A stretch of DNA of 32,000 nucleotides from contig NC_003272.1 of NCBI RefSeq assembly GCF_000009705.1, positions 5,640,001 to 5,672,000 on the forward strand, written 5' to 3'. The position numbers were made by a program, and so were the translations under genes. Positions 8,080 through 16,757 of the stretch are shown one piece after another. The notes below the pieces were generated by a model. That model ran no database searches. It saw only the letters and a list, made by a program, of their open reading frames with translations, and was not told where the DNA came from. The DNA comes from Nostoc sp. PCC 7120 = FACHB-418. Lineage in GTDB: Bacteria; Cyanobacteriota; Cyanobacteriia; Cyanobacteriales; Nostocaceae. The stretch's first letter is position 1. Every line of letters starts with the position of its first letter.

Positions 8080-8263
8080 AAGTGGTAAGTATTAAGTGCT
8101 GAGAGGCTATACATAAAATAAATCTTAAGTAGTGGACTGACACGACTAAAATGATGCAATGGACTTGGATGTAATTAAACGTAGATACACGCGGATAAAC
8201 GCGGATAGAACTTCTGTTATTGCACAAATTTAGCCTTGCCAGGCCACTACGAATTACAAACTT

Positions 8264-8935
8264 TCACGCAGCACCTTTTTGTGGTCTAGTGTAATTATTT
8301 ACATATACAGGTAATTCTATGCTTGAATCTAAGCGGGAATCATTTATGGGTGTAGCCGCAGTTAATTTTAAAGGAATTTGTCCTGCCCAGACTGGTATTT
8401 GATAATCAGCTTCATCATCAATCGGTTCACCCGTGCGAACTTTTGCTGAGGCTTCTGTTAGGGGTAGAGATAATACTATAGTTCCAGCTAATTCGTGACG
8501 ATTAGGCGATCGCACTTCTTCCCACCTCCCTAGAATAACGTGTTCTGTAAATGCTTTGAGAGCAGCTAATTTTTGCTCTGCATCTTCTACTAGTGTGGCT
8601 TTCCCAAATACTACCACTGAGCGATAGTTCATTGAATGGTGAAACGCCGATCGCGCTAAGACTAACCCATCAATTAAAGTCACGGTGACGCAGACATCAA
8701 GACCTTGTTGCAGGGTTTTTAACATCCGGCTAGCCGGTGAGCCGTGAATATATAATGTATCGCCTATTCTTCCATAGGCTGTAGGAATCACAACAGGCTG
8801 TCCATCAACCACAAAACCCACTTGACAGACTAATCCTTCGTCCAAAATTTGATAAATAGTTTCACTTTCATAGTTAGCTCTTTTTGGTACACGTTTAACT
8901 GTAGTTCTTTGGCTGGGGGCTTTTTGTTGAGTCAT
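8264..8935 (-). CDS. Pyridoxamine 5'-phosphate oxidase-related flavin-binding protein (Pyridox_ox_2/NimA-like)
   Basis: 223-aa ORF. TTVKRVPKRANYESETIYQILDEGLVCQVGFVVDGQPVVIPTAYGR..LYIHGS is typical of this family. It is divergent from a MocR-type regulator gene. Confidence 0.7.
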   Translation of the reverse strand: MTQQKAPSQRTTVKRVPKRANYESETIYQILDEGLVCQVGFVVDGQPVVIPTAYGRIGDTLYIHGSPASRMLKTLQQGLDVCVTVTLIDGLVLARSAFHHSMNYRSVVVFGKATLVEDAEQKLAALKAFTEHVILGRWEEVRSPNRHELAGTIVLSLPLTEASAKVRTGEPIDDEADYQIPVWAGQIPLKLTAATPINDSRLDSSIELPVYVNNYTRPQKGAA

Positions 8936-9033
8936 GATGGAAAATTTCTACTCTATACGGTTAGAGTAATCAGGTAATTGGCATGAAACAAGAGCCACTT
9001 TTTAGTTATATGACCAGTCCACTTGTGTGATTT

Positions 9034-10506
9034 ATGGATTTTGCTATTAATATCGACCCAGATGCACCTTTACCTCTGCATCGCCAAGTTTATGAGGAAT
9101 TACGTCGGGCTATTTTGTTAGGACGGTTAACTTCAGGGGGAAAACTACCATCTACGCGATCGCTTGCTCAATTACTTGGTGTTTCTCGTGCTACTGTGAC
9201 TCAAGGTTATGAGTTATTGCTGAGTGAGGGTTATCTAGAAACTATTGTGGGTTCGGGGACGTTTGTTTGTCGTCAGCTTCCCGATGAATTACTAAATACT
9301 GCACCAATTGAGTCAAAATTGCAACCAAGTAACTCACTTGTACCTTTATCAGCTTATGGTAAAAGTTTGAGTGATAAAGCGTTTTTACGTATACCAGAAC
9401 AAGCAGTAGAAATCAGCTTTAGTTATGGACGACCAGCTTTTGATCAGTTCCCGATAGATTTATGGCGTAAGTTAATCTCGCGTCATTGCCACTCTAAAGC
9501 GGAGGTGCTTGACTATACAGATAATTCCCTGGGATATCAACCATTAAGGGAGGCGATCGCTGCTTATCTTTCGCGCTCCAGAGCCGTTAATTGTCAAGCA
9601 GAACAAATTATTATTGTCGGTGGTTCTCAGCAAGGTCTTGATTTAATTACACGTATCTTAATTGATCCTAATGATGGGATTGCTGTAGAAGAACCAGGTT
9701 ATTTAGGTGCTAGACGAGCTTTTTTAGCTCAGGGGGCTAGTTTATTTCCTGTCCCTGTAGATCAATCAGGGTTAATAGTCAGCAAGTTGACAACAGGTAT
9801 AATTCCTAAGCTTAAACTAATTTACGTCACCCCCTCCCATCAATTTCCTACAGGTGCAGTGTTATCCCTTCCTCGCAGATTAGAGTTACTGGCTTGGGCG
9901 CACAAAACAGGGGTGATGATTATTGAAGATGACTATGATAGTGAGTACCGTTATGGTGAGCGTCCCATACCAGCCTTGCAAGGATTAGATCAGGGTAACT
10001 CAGTGGTTTATGTCGGGACATTTTCTAAAGTCCTTTTTCCCGCTTTGCGCTTGGGTTATTTAGTTTTACCGCAGAATTTAGTAAATATATTCGCTCGTGC
10101 AAAATGGTTGGCGGATAGGCAATGTAGTTTACTAGAACAGTATGCCCTAACCGATTTTATTACAGAAGGACATTTAGAAAGGCATATCAGAAGAATGCGA
10201 TCGCTCTACAACCAACGCAGGCAAACTTTAGTGCAGTCTTTGTTTTCTCATTTTGGCAATAGGGCAAAAATTCTGGGAGAGAATGCAGGAATGCACCTCA
10301 TGGTAAAAATAGATACTCAAATCAGCGATGATGAAATAGTCCAGAGTGCAGATCTTTCCGGTGTCAGTATTGGAGCAGCCTATCCCCAGTATTTAAAAGA
10401 TAGCCCTGGTAGTGAATTTATCTTTGGCTATGCAGAACTCAATGAACAGCAAATTCAAGAAGGGGTACGGCGACTGGCTAGAGTAATTCATAATTTAGAA
10501 GGCTAA
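9034..10506 (+). CDS. MocR/PdxR-subfamily GntR transcriptional regulator with a fused PLP-dependent aminotransferase-like domain
   Basis: 490 aa. N-terminal winged HTH (LPSTRSLAQLLGVSRATVTQGYELLLSEGYL). C-terminal fold-type I aminotransferase domain with the PLP-lysine motif GTFSKVLFPALRLGY and the YVTPSHQFPTG motif. Confidence 0.9.
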   Translation: MDFAINIDPDAPLPLHRQVYEELRRAILLGRLTSGGKLPSTRSLAQLLGVSRATVTQGYELLLSEGYLETIVGSGTFVCRQLPDELLNTAPIESKLQPSNSLVPLSAYGKSLSDKAFLRIPEQAVEISFSYGRPAFDQFPIDLWRKLISRHCHSKAEVLDYTDNSLGYQPLREAIAAYLSRSRAVNCQAEQIIIVGGSQQGLDLITRILIDPNDGIAVEEPGYLGARRAFLAQGASLFPVPVDQSGLIVSKLTTGIIPKLKLIYVTPSHQFPTGAVLSLPRRLELLAWAHKTGVMIIEDDYDSEYRYGERPIPALQGLDQGNSVVYVGTFSKVLFPALRLGYLVLPQNLVNIFARAKWLADRQCSLLEQYALTDFITEGHLERHIRRMRSLYNQRRQTLVQSLFSHFGNRAKILGENAGMHLMVKIDTQISDDEIVQSADLSGVSIGAAYPQYLKDSPGSEFIFGYAELNEQQIQEGVRRLARVIHNLEG

Positions 10507-10661
10507 TACTACCTTTACAGATTCAGCTACGCAGCCAGGGCAAGGCTTAGGCTTACGTAATTTGCAATTAAACTTAATATCAAAACAGAACAATAAATAT
10601 GAAACTATGTAGTATGAAATCGAGTCATTATCAGTAGATTTAACATCACTTAAGGTAAATC

Positions 10662-11956
10662 GTGATGAGAGGGCAGATTTGGTCATTACAAAAAAAATTA
10701 CTGATTAGTACAGTGATTACGGTATCTTGGATAACTCCCGTTTTAGCTCAATCAGATCCGCTTCTGACTCGTGCCGAAGTTTACAAACTTACTAAGATTG
10801 TGGAACTGCTACTACACAACCAAACTCAACGCCCAGCACGCCCCAAGGATGTTGTCGTTCCTAAAGATGCAGTAAAAACGGGTGTCAGTTCAGAGGCACA
10901 ACTATTCTTTAATGATAAATCCCTCATTCGGGTAGACCAAAGTAGTATCTTTCGCTTTGAACCAGGGTTACGTCGCTTTAAGTTGCGAAATCTGATTGCC
11001 CTGAATGAAATGATATTTAAATTAGAAAGTGGGACAGCTTTAATTTTAAGTCCACCGGGAAGTGTGGGGACAGCAATAGAAACACCAGAAAGTCAGATTA
11101 CTATTTTTGCAGCAAATCCAGCAATTACCTCCAATGGAAAAAACACCATTGCCAAACTTAACCACCCTGTTATTGTTAATTCTAAAAATACAAAATTAAC
11201 CCAAAATAATGATTTATATGCACCTGCACAAAAAGCTAGTGCAGTGATGGTAATACATAATCAAGAAAGCAAAAAACACAAGTTTTTGCCCTAACTGATG
11301 GAGATATTAAAATTACAGATCAAAGAGGACGAAAAATTGTATCTTTGCTTGGTGGTCAAACGGTAGCAGTGACAAATGGTGTAGTGGGAAATCCTCAAGA
11401 ATTTGACTTACCAGCCTTTTATAAAAGTATCGCCCTCGCTTCTGGACTAGGTGCAGGACAGGAAAATTTAGTTGCTCAAGAAACTACTCCGGTGCAAGAA
11501 ACAATCAAAGCTGTACGCATAGAAACATTAGCCGCTTTGAGAAGACAGTCCGACAGGTTTAGAGGATTTACCAGGACATTTTTAGCCGATGCACTCAATG
11601 GTACAGAAGGTGATTTGAATCCTCGTCCATCAGTTTCCGTAAGGATTACAAACCCACAAGTTGTTACAGGTACTTTTTATCGAAGACAAGGCAATAATGC
11701 TGTTTTCATTCCTGACAATAATCCCAACTCTCCAGTTGATATTTCCGTAGATTTTGATCAGCGAACTATTGATATTGGTGGCAATACAGGCGTGTCTAAT
11801 AGGGCGGGATTAAGTGGGAATAATGCTAGTGGTTCTGTAATTAATGCTAACGGTCAAATAACTCAAATAGAAGTTTTTGCTGTGAACGGGGAAAATCCAC
11901 AAGAAGGAGTTCCTTATCGTGGTAGTTTGACAACAGGTGTAGCCCGCGATCGCTAA
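10662..11956 (+). pseudogene. FecR-domain secreted protein gene interrupted by a 1-nt frameshift in an A6 run (track ORFs 10662-11294 and 11345-11956)
   Basis: ORF1 (frame 0) ends ...SAVMVIHNQESKKHKFLP*. The frame of ORF2 is open from 11261 and reads SRKQKTQVFALTDGDIKITDQRGRKIVSLLGGQTVAVTNG. Joining the two at the A-run 11271-11276 gives ...VIHNQESKKTQVFALTDGDIKITD..., a continuous FecR-like beta-strand pattern. An N-terminal signal peptide is present. Confidence 0.65.
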
Positions 11957-12120
11957 TCTTTTAAATAGCCTACTACGAAATTTGCAGCTTGATAGAAGCA
12001 GGGAATTTAACCCCCTAAACTTTAAATTTTGTTAAAATTTGGTGAAAGTATTCAATTATTGATTTCTCTATTTTTTAACGATAACTTATTGAGAATTTTA
12101 ATTTTGATCAGGTGTGAGGA

Positions 12121-13788
12121 GTGATGCAAAATAAAATAAACTTATTGCTACTATCCCAGATAGTAGTATTGATACTAAATGTCCCTGTTTTGGCGGAAGA
12201 TATAGTCAAGAATGAATGGCGATCGCCAGATAAATCTGATGTTGAAAACTTATCTTCTGAAGTGATTAGTGAAGATGCTCAAGATTTAGGTGAAGAAGTT
12301 TTTATTAATCCAGATATTTACTCTCAAACATCGCCTGAACAAACTATGGCACAGGTGACATCAGTATCACAATTATCTGATGTACAACCAAGTGATTGGG
12401 CTTTTGCGGCCTTGCAATCCTTAGTAGAACGTTATGGAGTTATAGCAGGTTATCCTGATGGTACATTTAAAGGCGATCGCGCCATTACACGTTACGAATT
12501 TGCGGCTGGATTAAATGCTGCTTTAGATAAAGTCGATCAATTAATTGCATCTGGCTTAACAGATAAAGTCACTAATGCTGATTTAGAAACATTACGAAAA
12601 CTGCAAGAAGAATTTGCTACTGAATTAGCTATTTCTAGAGGTAGAGTTGATGCCTTAGAAGCCCGTAGTGCTGATATCCAGGCTCAACAATTTTCCCCTA
12701 ACGTCGTATTAGGAGGACAAACCATTTTTGGACTAGCTGGTGGTTTTGGTGGGAATCGTCCAGGTGATGGAGAAGCCAACACAATTTTTACTTATTTGAC
12801 ACAATTACAACTAGCTTCCTCTTTCACAGGAAAAGACCGTTTTCGTATCGGCTTAATATCAGGAAACGCCGCTAATAATAGCTTTGAAAACCTCCAAGCT
12901 TTCAATACCAACATGGCGAGATTAGCTTGGCAAGGAAATTACGACAATCAAGTTAGTATTAACTCCGTTGAATATCGAGTTGCAGGTTTAGGCGATCGCG
13001 TTGTTTTCACCTTTAAACCTGTAGGATTTAGCTTAGGTAGTGTACTTAGTTCTAACTCCATCTATGCAGATGCAGGACAAGGAGCGATATCTGCATTTGC
13101 AGGTTCAACACCTATCTTGAGAATTGGTAACTTAGATGCTGGTTTAGGCTTTGACTGGTTACTGTCAGACGAAATCCGTTTGCAATTTGCCTATGGTACA
13201 AGGGGTAGCAGCGACAGCAACCAAGGTTTATTTGGTGCAGATCACAGCGCCTTAGGATTGCAGTTTTTATACAAGCCAACTCCCTCACTCATCACAGGTT
13301 TAGCTTATGTCAACGCCTATTCCAGCAATGGTCATTTAGATACGGGTACTGGTAGCAGTAACGCCGATACTTCAGGGGGAATTAACGAACCTTCGCAAAT
13401 CCACGCCCTCAACGCTAGCATGAGATGGCAACTAACTAATAAACTAGTCCTTGGTGCTTGGGGTGGTGTTATGGTGACAGATTCCCTCAAATCAGATGCA
13501 GTTGTTCTCAGCAGCACCTATACAGTTTCCTTAGGTATATATGACCCGTTTGGCAGAAAAGGCGACTTATTCGGTTTTCTCTACGGCTTACCACCAAAAT
13601 TAAATAACGGCGTATTAATCCCCACCGCAGATACTGGCAATTCCACTCACTACGAAGTTTTTTACCGCTATTTAGTCAATGATAATATCGCCATCACTCC
13701 TGGCTTTTTTCTCGTCACTGACCCTGGTCATATTTCCAGCAACAATGATATTTTCATCGGTGCTATCCGTACCACCTTTAGTTTTTAA
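12121..13788 (+). CDS. Outer-membrane porin with an N-terminal SLH domain and a C-terminal OprB-like beta-barrel
   Basis: Signal peptide. SLH motif SDVQPSDWAFAALQSLVERYGVIAGYPDGTFKGDRAITRYEFAAGLNAAL. Coiled-coil linker. Gly/Ser/aromatic-rich alternating barrel region ending in a terminal Phe (TTFSF). An ATG at 12124 is the alternative start. Confidence 0.88.
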   Translation: MMQNKINLLLLSQIVVLILNVPVLAEDIVKNEWRSPDKSDVENLSSEVISEDAQDLGEEVFINPDIYSQTSPEQTMAQVTSVSQLSDVQPSDWAFAALQSLVERYGVIAGYPDGTFKGDRAITRYEFAAGLNAALDKVDQLIASGLTDKVTNADLETLRKLQEEFATELAISRGRVDALEARSADIQAQQFSPNVVLGGQTIFGLAGGFGGNRPGDGEANTIFTYLTQLQLASSFTGKDRFRIGLISGNAANNSFENLQAFNTNMARLAWQGNYDNQVSINSVEYRVAGLGDRVVFTFKPVGFSLGSVLSSNSIYADAGQGAISAFAGSTPILRIGNLDAGLGFDWLLSDEIRLQFAYGTRGSSDSNQGLFGADHSALGLQFLYKPTPSLITGLAYVNAYSSNGHLDTGTGSSNADTSGGINEPSQIHALNASMRWQLTNKLVLGAWGGVMVTDSLKSDAVVLSSTYTVSLGIYDPFGRKGDLFGFLYGLPPKLNNGVLIPTADTGNSTHYEVFYRYLVNDNIAITPGFFLVTDPGHISSNNDIFIGAIRTTFSF

Positions 13789-14038
13789 AATATTGCGTCA
13801 GCAAGAGGAAAAGGGGCAGGGGGCAGGGAGCAAGGGGGAAATCCGTGACGGAAGCTTGTACAAGCCTCGCCCTGCCTCTTCCGGTCAACCCATAGATGTT
13901 TTTCGGCACAGATTCAGTTTCTTGCCTCTATGCCTTACCCTGATTAGGTTACAGCCCATAACATTAAAACTGTGGTTGACGCAATTACCTCTAACCTTTG
14001 CTGTAACAGCTTTTGAGTTAATTTTTGCCATGCGCCTC

Positions 14039-14068
14039 TTGACAATCCCATGTCTGAAAAGTTATCTT
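14039..14068 (+). promoter_or_regulatory. Candidate sigma70-type promoter in the leader of CRISPR array 2
   Basis: TTGACA (14039-14044), an 18-nt spacer and TATCTT (14063-14068), about 65 nt upstream of the first repeat. Called by eye only. Confidence 0.35.
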
Positions 14069-14132
14069 TGCTCCATAATTCACGCAACTGAACCTTGAAA
14101 ACCAAATACAGCAAGGCTTTGAGAGCCGAGCG

Positions 14133-14384
14133 GTTAAAACCCTCTAAAATCCCTATCAGGGATTGAAACTTTTTCCTGAGTTACCTGTACCCGCTTGATA
14201 TACGTTAAAACCCTCTAAAATCCCTATCAGGGATTGAAACCTTCTAGCCCTTCTGCTAGTGCTATCCAGTTATTGTTAAAACCCTCTAAAATCCCTATCA
14301 GGGATTGAAACCTATTAGGAATCCTAGCAGCGCTGCCACCACTTAAAGTTAAAACCCTCTAAAATCCCTATCAGGGATTAAAAC
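14133..14384 (+). CRISPR. CRISPR array 2: 4 repeats of 37 bp, 3 spacers (34, 34, 36 bp), no adjacent cas genes
   Basis: The repeat GTTAAAACCCTCTAAAATCCCTATCAGGGATTGAAAC occurs at 14133, 14204 and 14275. The last copy at 14348 has G->A (ATTAAAAC). Plus-strand orientation is supported by the hairpin CCCT-ATC-AGGG followed by ATTGAAAC, and by the degenerate repeat at the 3' end. Confidence 0.95.
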
Positions 14385-14598
14385 GACTCTGGTGCGTAAG
14401 TACTCTAAACTACAACCCTAATTTTGCGGAAAACCCAACGTGCTAGGCAAAGCAATACCTAAAGGCGATCGCCCAAAATATCTACTCATCCTTTTTGTGT
14501 AGAAAATTAAACCACCTACTTCTAGGCAACTAATCAAAGCGCGAGTATAAAAGAAAAAACAAACACAAATTAATACCTTAAATTAACAGAGAAATAAC

Positions 14599-16185
14599 AT
14601 GGCAAATCGCTCGCGCAAGCTAACGCCAAAATCTTCTAAGCAAAACGGCTCTGATTTGGAAGGGAAGAAACCTCAAATCCAGCAACAACAGGTAGGTAAT
14701 ACCGATTTGCCAAAAGAAGGTGAGGGAAAAATTAATCAAACCCAGATACAGAAAGCGATTTCTCCATCAAAATCCTATAAACCATCCTCAATAATTGCGA
14801 TCGCAATTTTACTCATTAGTGCTGGTTTAGTGCTGAGTTCTACCTGGATTGGGATTCTGTTGATATTTCACCCTGAACAGGTAAGTTGGCTGAATAATTT
14901 CCTTCCAGAGTGGGCGCACATCCCCGGTAACAGCGAAAATCCCCAAACCCTACCTCAAATCCAAATCAGTTTGAGTCAAAAACAACAAATACCAGGGGAA
15001 ACCATTCCTCTAGATGATGAGGAAAAATCATTTCTATTACCAGTCATGCGTCAGCGCCCCGATTGTCTATCTAACTGTAAGGAAATAGTAGAACTCAGGG
15101 TTTATCAATTAGAAAATTTAAAATACGAATCACAACCAGAAAAATTTTATCGCTTGGCGAATAGTTTACCAATTACTGGCCCTGAAGAATCATTTGCAAT
15201 TAGCAGAGGTGGGCAGGATGCGATCGCTTCCTTGGTAGAGAATACACCAGAAAATGAAGATGTGAGCAATCCTTTACCGTTAGATGTGGTTAACCGCTTT
15301 GAAGCCGGAACACCAGCAGCAGGTGTCTGGTTAAATTTGCGTGGACAGCGACAGCAAGATAATCACTCGGTAACTTCTGGTTCGGGGACTATCGCCTACG
15401 GTCAAATAGTATATTACAATCCAGACCGTAGCAACTTACAACTGATGTTATCTTGGACTAGTCCCAGTGGACACATTCCTAAATGGGAACAAGTCACAGG
15501 TAGTAAAGCTAAAGAATTAGTTGTTGATCAAACTATAGGTTTAGAACCGAGACTACAGGTTTACCAAGTCAAATCTGTAAACTTATACCTGAATCCCATT
15601 CAACTGGAAGAAATTTCTCTACAAAATCCCGTGTTGAAAGATTCTGGTTACAAAAATGCGCTCTTATTTAGCCGCAATGGCTTATGGACACCAGCTTTTG
15701 ATTGGCTAGCATCTATTAAAAAACAACGCAACAATAGCTTACCAGCAGCAGCCCAATCACAATTAGACTTAATTCGCATCCACGCCGAAGTAACTAAAAT
15801 CCAAGCCGATAAAACATGGGCTAGTCCCAGTGAACAAGTGCTGGCAGATTTAATCGATGGCCGCTGGGAAAAAGCTTTGCAAGTATTTAGCGCATCCCCA
15901 CAGAATGCACAAGAAATAGCCATCTTGTTAAAAACAGACAAGGGGCGATTATGGCGGCGTGTGGTAGCAGCTATGCAGATTAACCCCAACAGAAAAGCCG
16001 TCCAAGCTTGGGGGGCGTTGATTTTAACAGTCCAGCAAGGGGAAGTAAAAGCCAATTCCTGGTTAGGAGAACAAGCAAAAACCTCTACAGCCAACCTCAG
16101 TTATATCCAAGGTCTGACAAAGCAACTCCGTCCTCAAGCAGACATAATTGATGATTCCGCGCCAAGTTCAGATATAGATAATTAA
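14599..16185 (+). CDS. Hypothetical membrane-anchored protein: low-complexity basic/Gln-rich N-terminus, one TM helix, large extracytoplasmic domain
   Basis: 528-aa ORF with coding-like composition. TM segment SSIIAIAILLISAGLVLSSTWIGILLIF. Followed by the terminator hairpin at 16197-16225. I recognise no family. Confidence 0.7.
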   Translation: MANRSRKLTPKSSKQNGSDLEGKKPQIQQQQVGNTDLPKEGEGKINQTQIQKAISPSKSYKPSSIIAIAILLISAGLVLSSTWIGILLIFHPEQVSWLNNFLPEWAHIPGNSENPQTLPQIQISLSQKQQIPGETIPLDDEEKSFLLPVMRQRPDCLSNCKEIVELRVYQLENLKYESQPEKFYRLANSLPITGPEESFAISRGGQDAIASLVENTPENEDVSNPLPLDVVNRFEAGTPAAGVWLNLRGQRQQDNHSVTSGSGTIAYGQIVYYNPDRSNLQLMLSWTSPSGHIPKWEQVTGSKAKELVVDQTIGLEPRLQVYQVKSVNLYLNPIQLEEISLQNPVLKDSGYKNALLFSRNGLWTPAFDWLASIKKQRNNSLPAAAQSQLDLIRIHAEVTKIQADKTWASPSEQVLADLIDGRWEKALQVFSASPQNAQEIAILLKTDKGRLWRRVVAAMQINPNRKAVQAWGALILTVQQGEVKANSWLGEQAKTSTANLSYIQGLTKQLRPQADIIDDSAPSSDIDN

Positions 16186-16196
16186 CTGCCAAAATG

Positions 16197-16225
16197 ATGG
16201 GGGCAGAAAATTTTCCGCCCCCCAT
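16197..16225 (+). terminator. Intrinsic terminator downstream of the 528-aa gene
   Basis: ATGGGGGC-agaaaattttcc-GCCCCCCAT followed by TTT. Confidence 0.6.
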
Positions 16226-16363
16226 TTACTAAATTGATTGGATAATGTTAAGGTTTTTTATGATGTCTTCACACAATCTTTATCAAGTATCGATAGCGAT
16301 CGCTAAACTTGAAAGTGAAGATTCATGATTTAAAGTTGCGCGTTCCCAAAAACAGATGATAAA

Positions 16364-16393
16364 GACACTCCATAAAATAGTCAGGGGAGTGTC
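16364..16393 (-). terminator. Intrinsic terminator of the 63-aa gene
   Basis: The minus strand reads GACACTCC-(14 nt)-GGAGTGTC followed by TTTATCATCTGTTTTT. It overlaps the stop codon by 2 nt. Confidence 0.55.
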
Positions 16394-16583
16394 AATCTTC
16401 TTTGGTAGTAGCTGCTAAACGTTGTTCTTTGAGATTTTGTAATTGTTCCAGCAGAGAGTCCACCTCTGCTTGTAAGTTCATCAGTTTAACTTGCTGGTCG
16501 TCTTGGTAGTAAGACTTATTTAAATGACGTGTCCAAGCAGCTTGGCATTCACATTCAGAAACAGTAGATGTAGCAGTAGCCAT
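16392..16583 (-). CDS. Small hypothetical protein (63 aa) with a C-terminal coiled-coil-like segment
   Basis: ORF with its own terminator hairpin. LMNLQAEVDSLLEQLQNLKEQRL has heptad character. No family recognised. Confidence 0.45.
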   Translation of the reverse strand: MATATSTVSECECQAAWTRHLNKSYYQDDQQVKLMNLQAEVDSLLEQLQNLKEQRLAATTKED

Positions 16584-16757
16584 CTTTTTTAAATTCCAAA
16601 ACTCAACTCACACCTCTTGGTAAATAATATAATAAAGCAACTTTAAGCTTTGTTAAATAAATGTATCTTTTTAATCACATAGTCTAATGAGTCGCTGTTT
16701 GTGCTATAAGTGACGGCGATGATTCCCCCTTCCGTGATGCTATACTTCCCTGCTTTC

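Noticed and set aside
10495-10686. 63-aa ORF (-) between the MocR gene and the FecR gene
   Set aside because: Short, AT-rich and low-complexity. It overlaps both neighbouring gene ends. More likely promoter DNA.
11268-11280. Programmed -1 ribosomal frameshifting at the A6 run in the FecR gene
   Set aside because: The zero-frame context C-AAA-AAA-C is not a canonical X-XXY-YYZ slippery heptamer. I see no obvious downstream stimulatory structure. A mutation or sequencing error is more parsimonious.
13679-14098. 139-aa ORF overlapping the porin 3' end and the leader of CRISPR array 2
   Set aside because: It overlaps a well-supported gene in another frame. It runs through G-rich repeat DNA and has a low-complexity composition. 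No support beyond being open.
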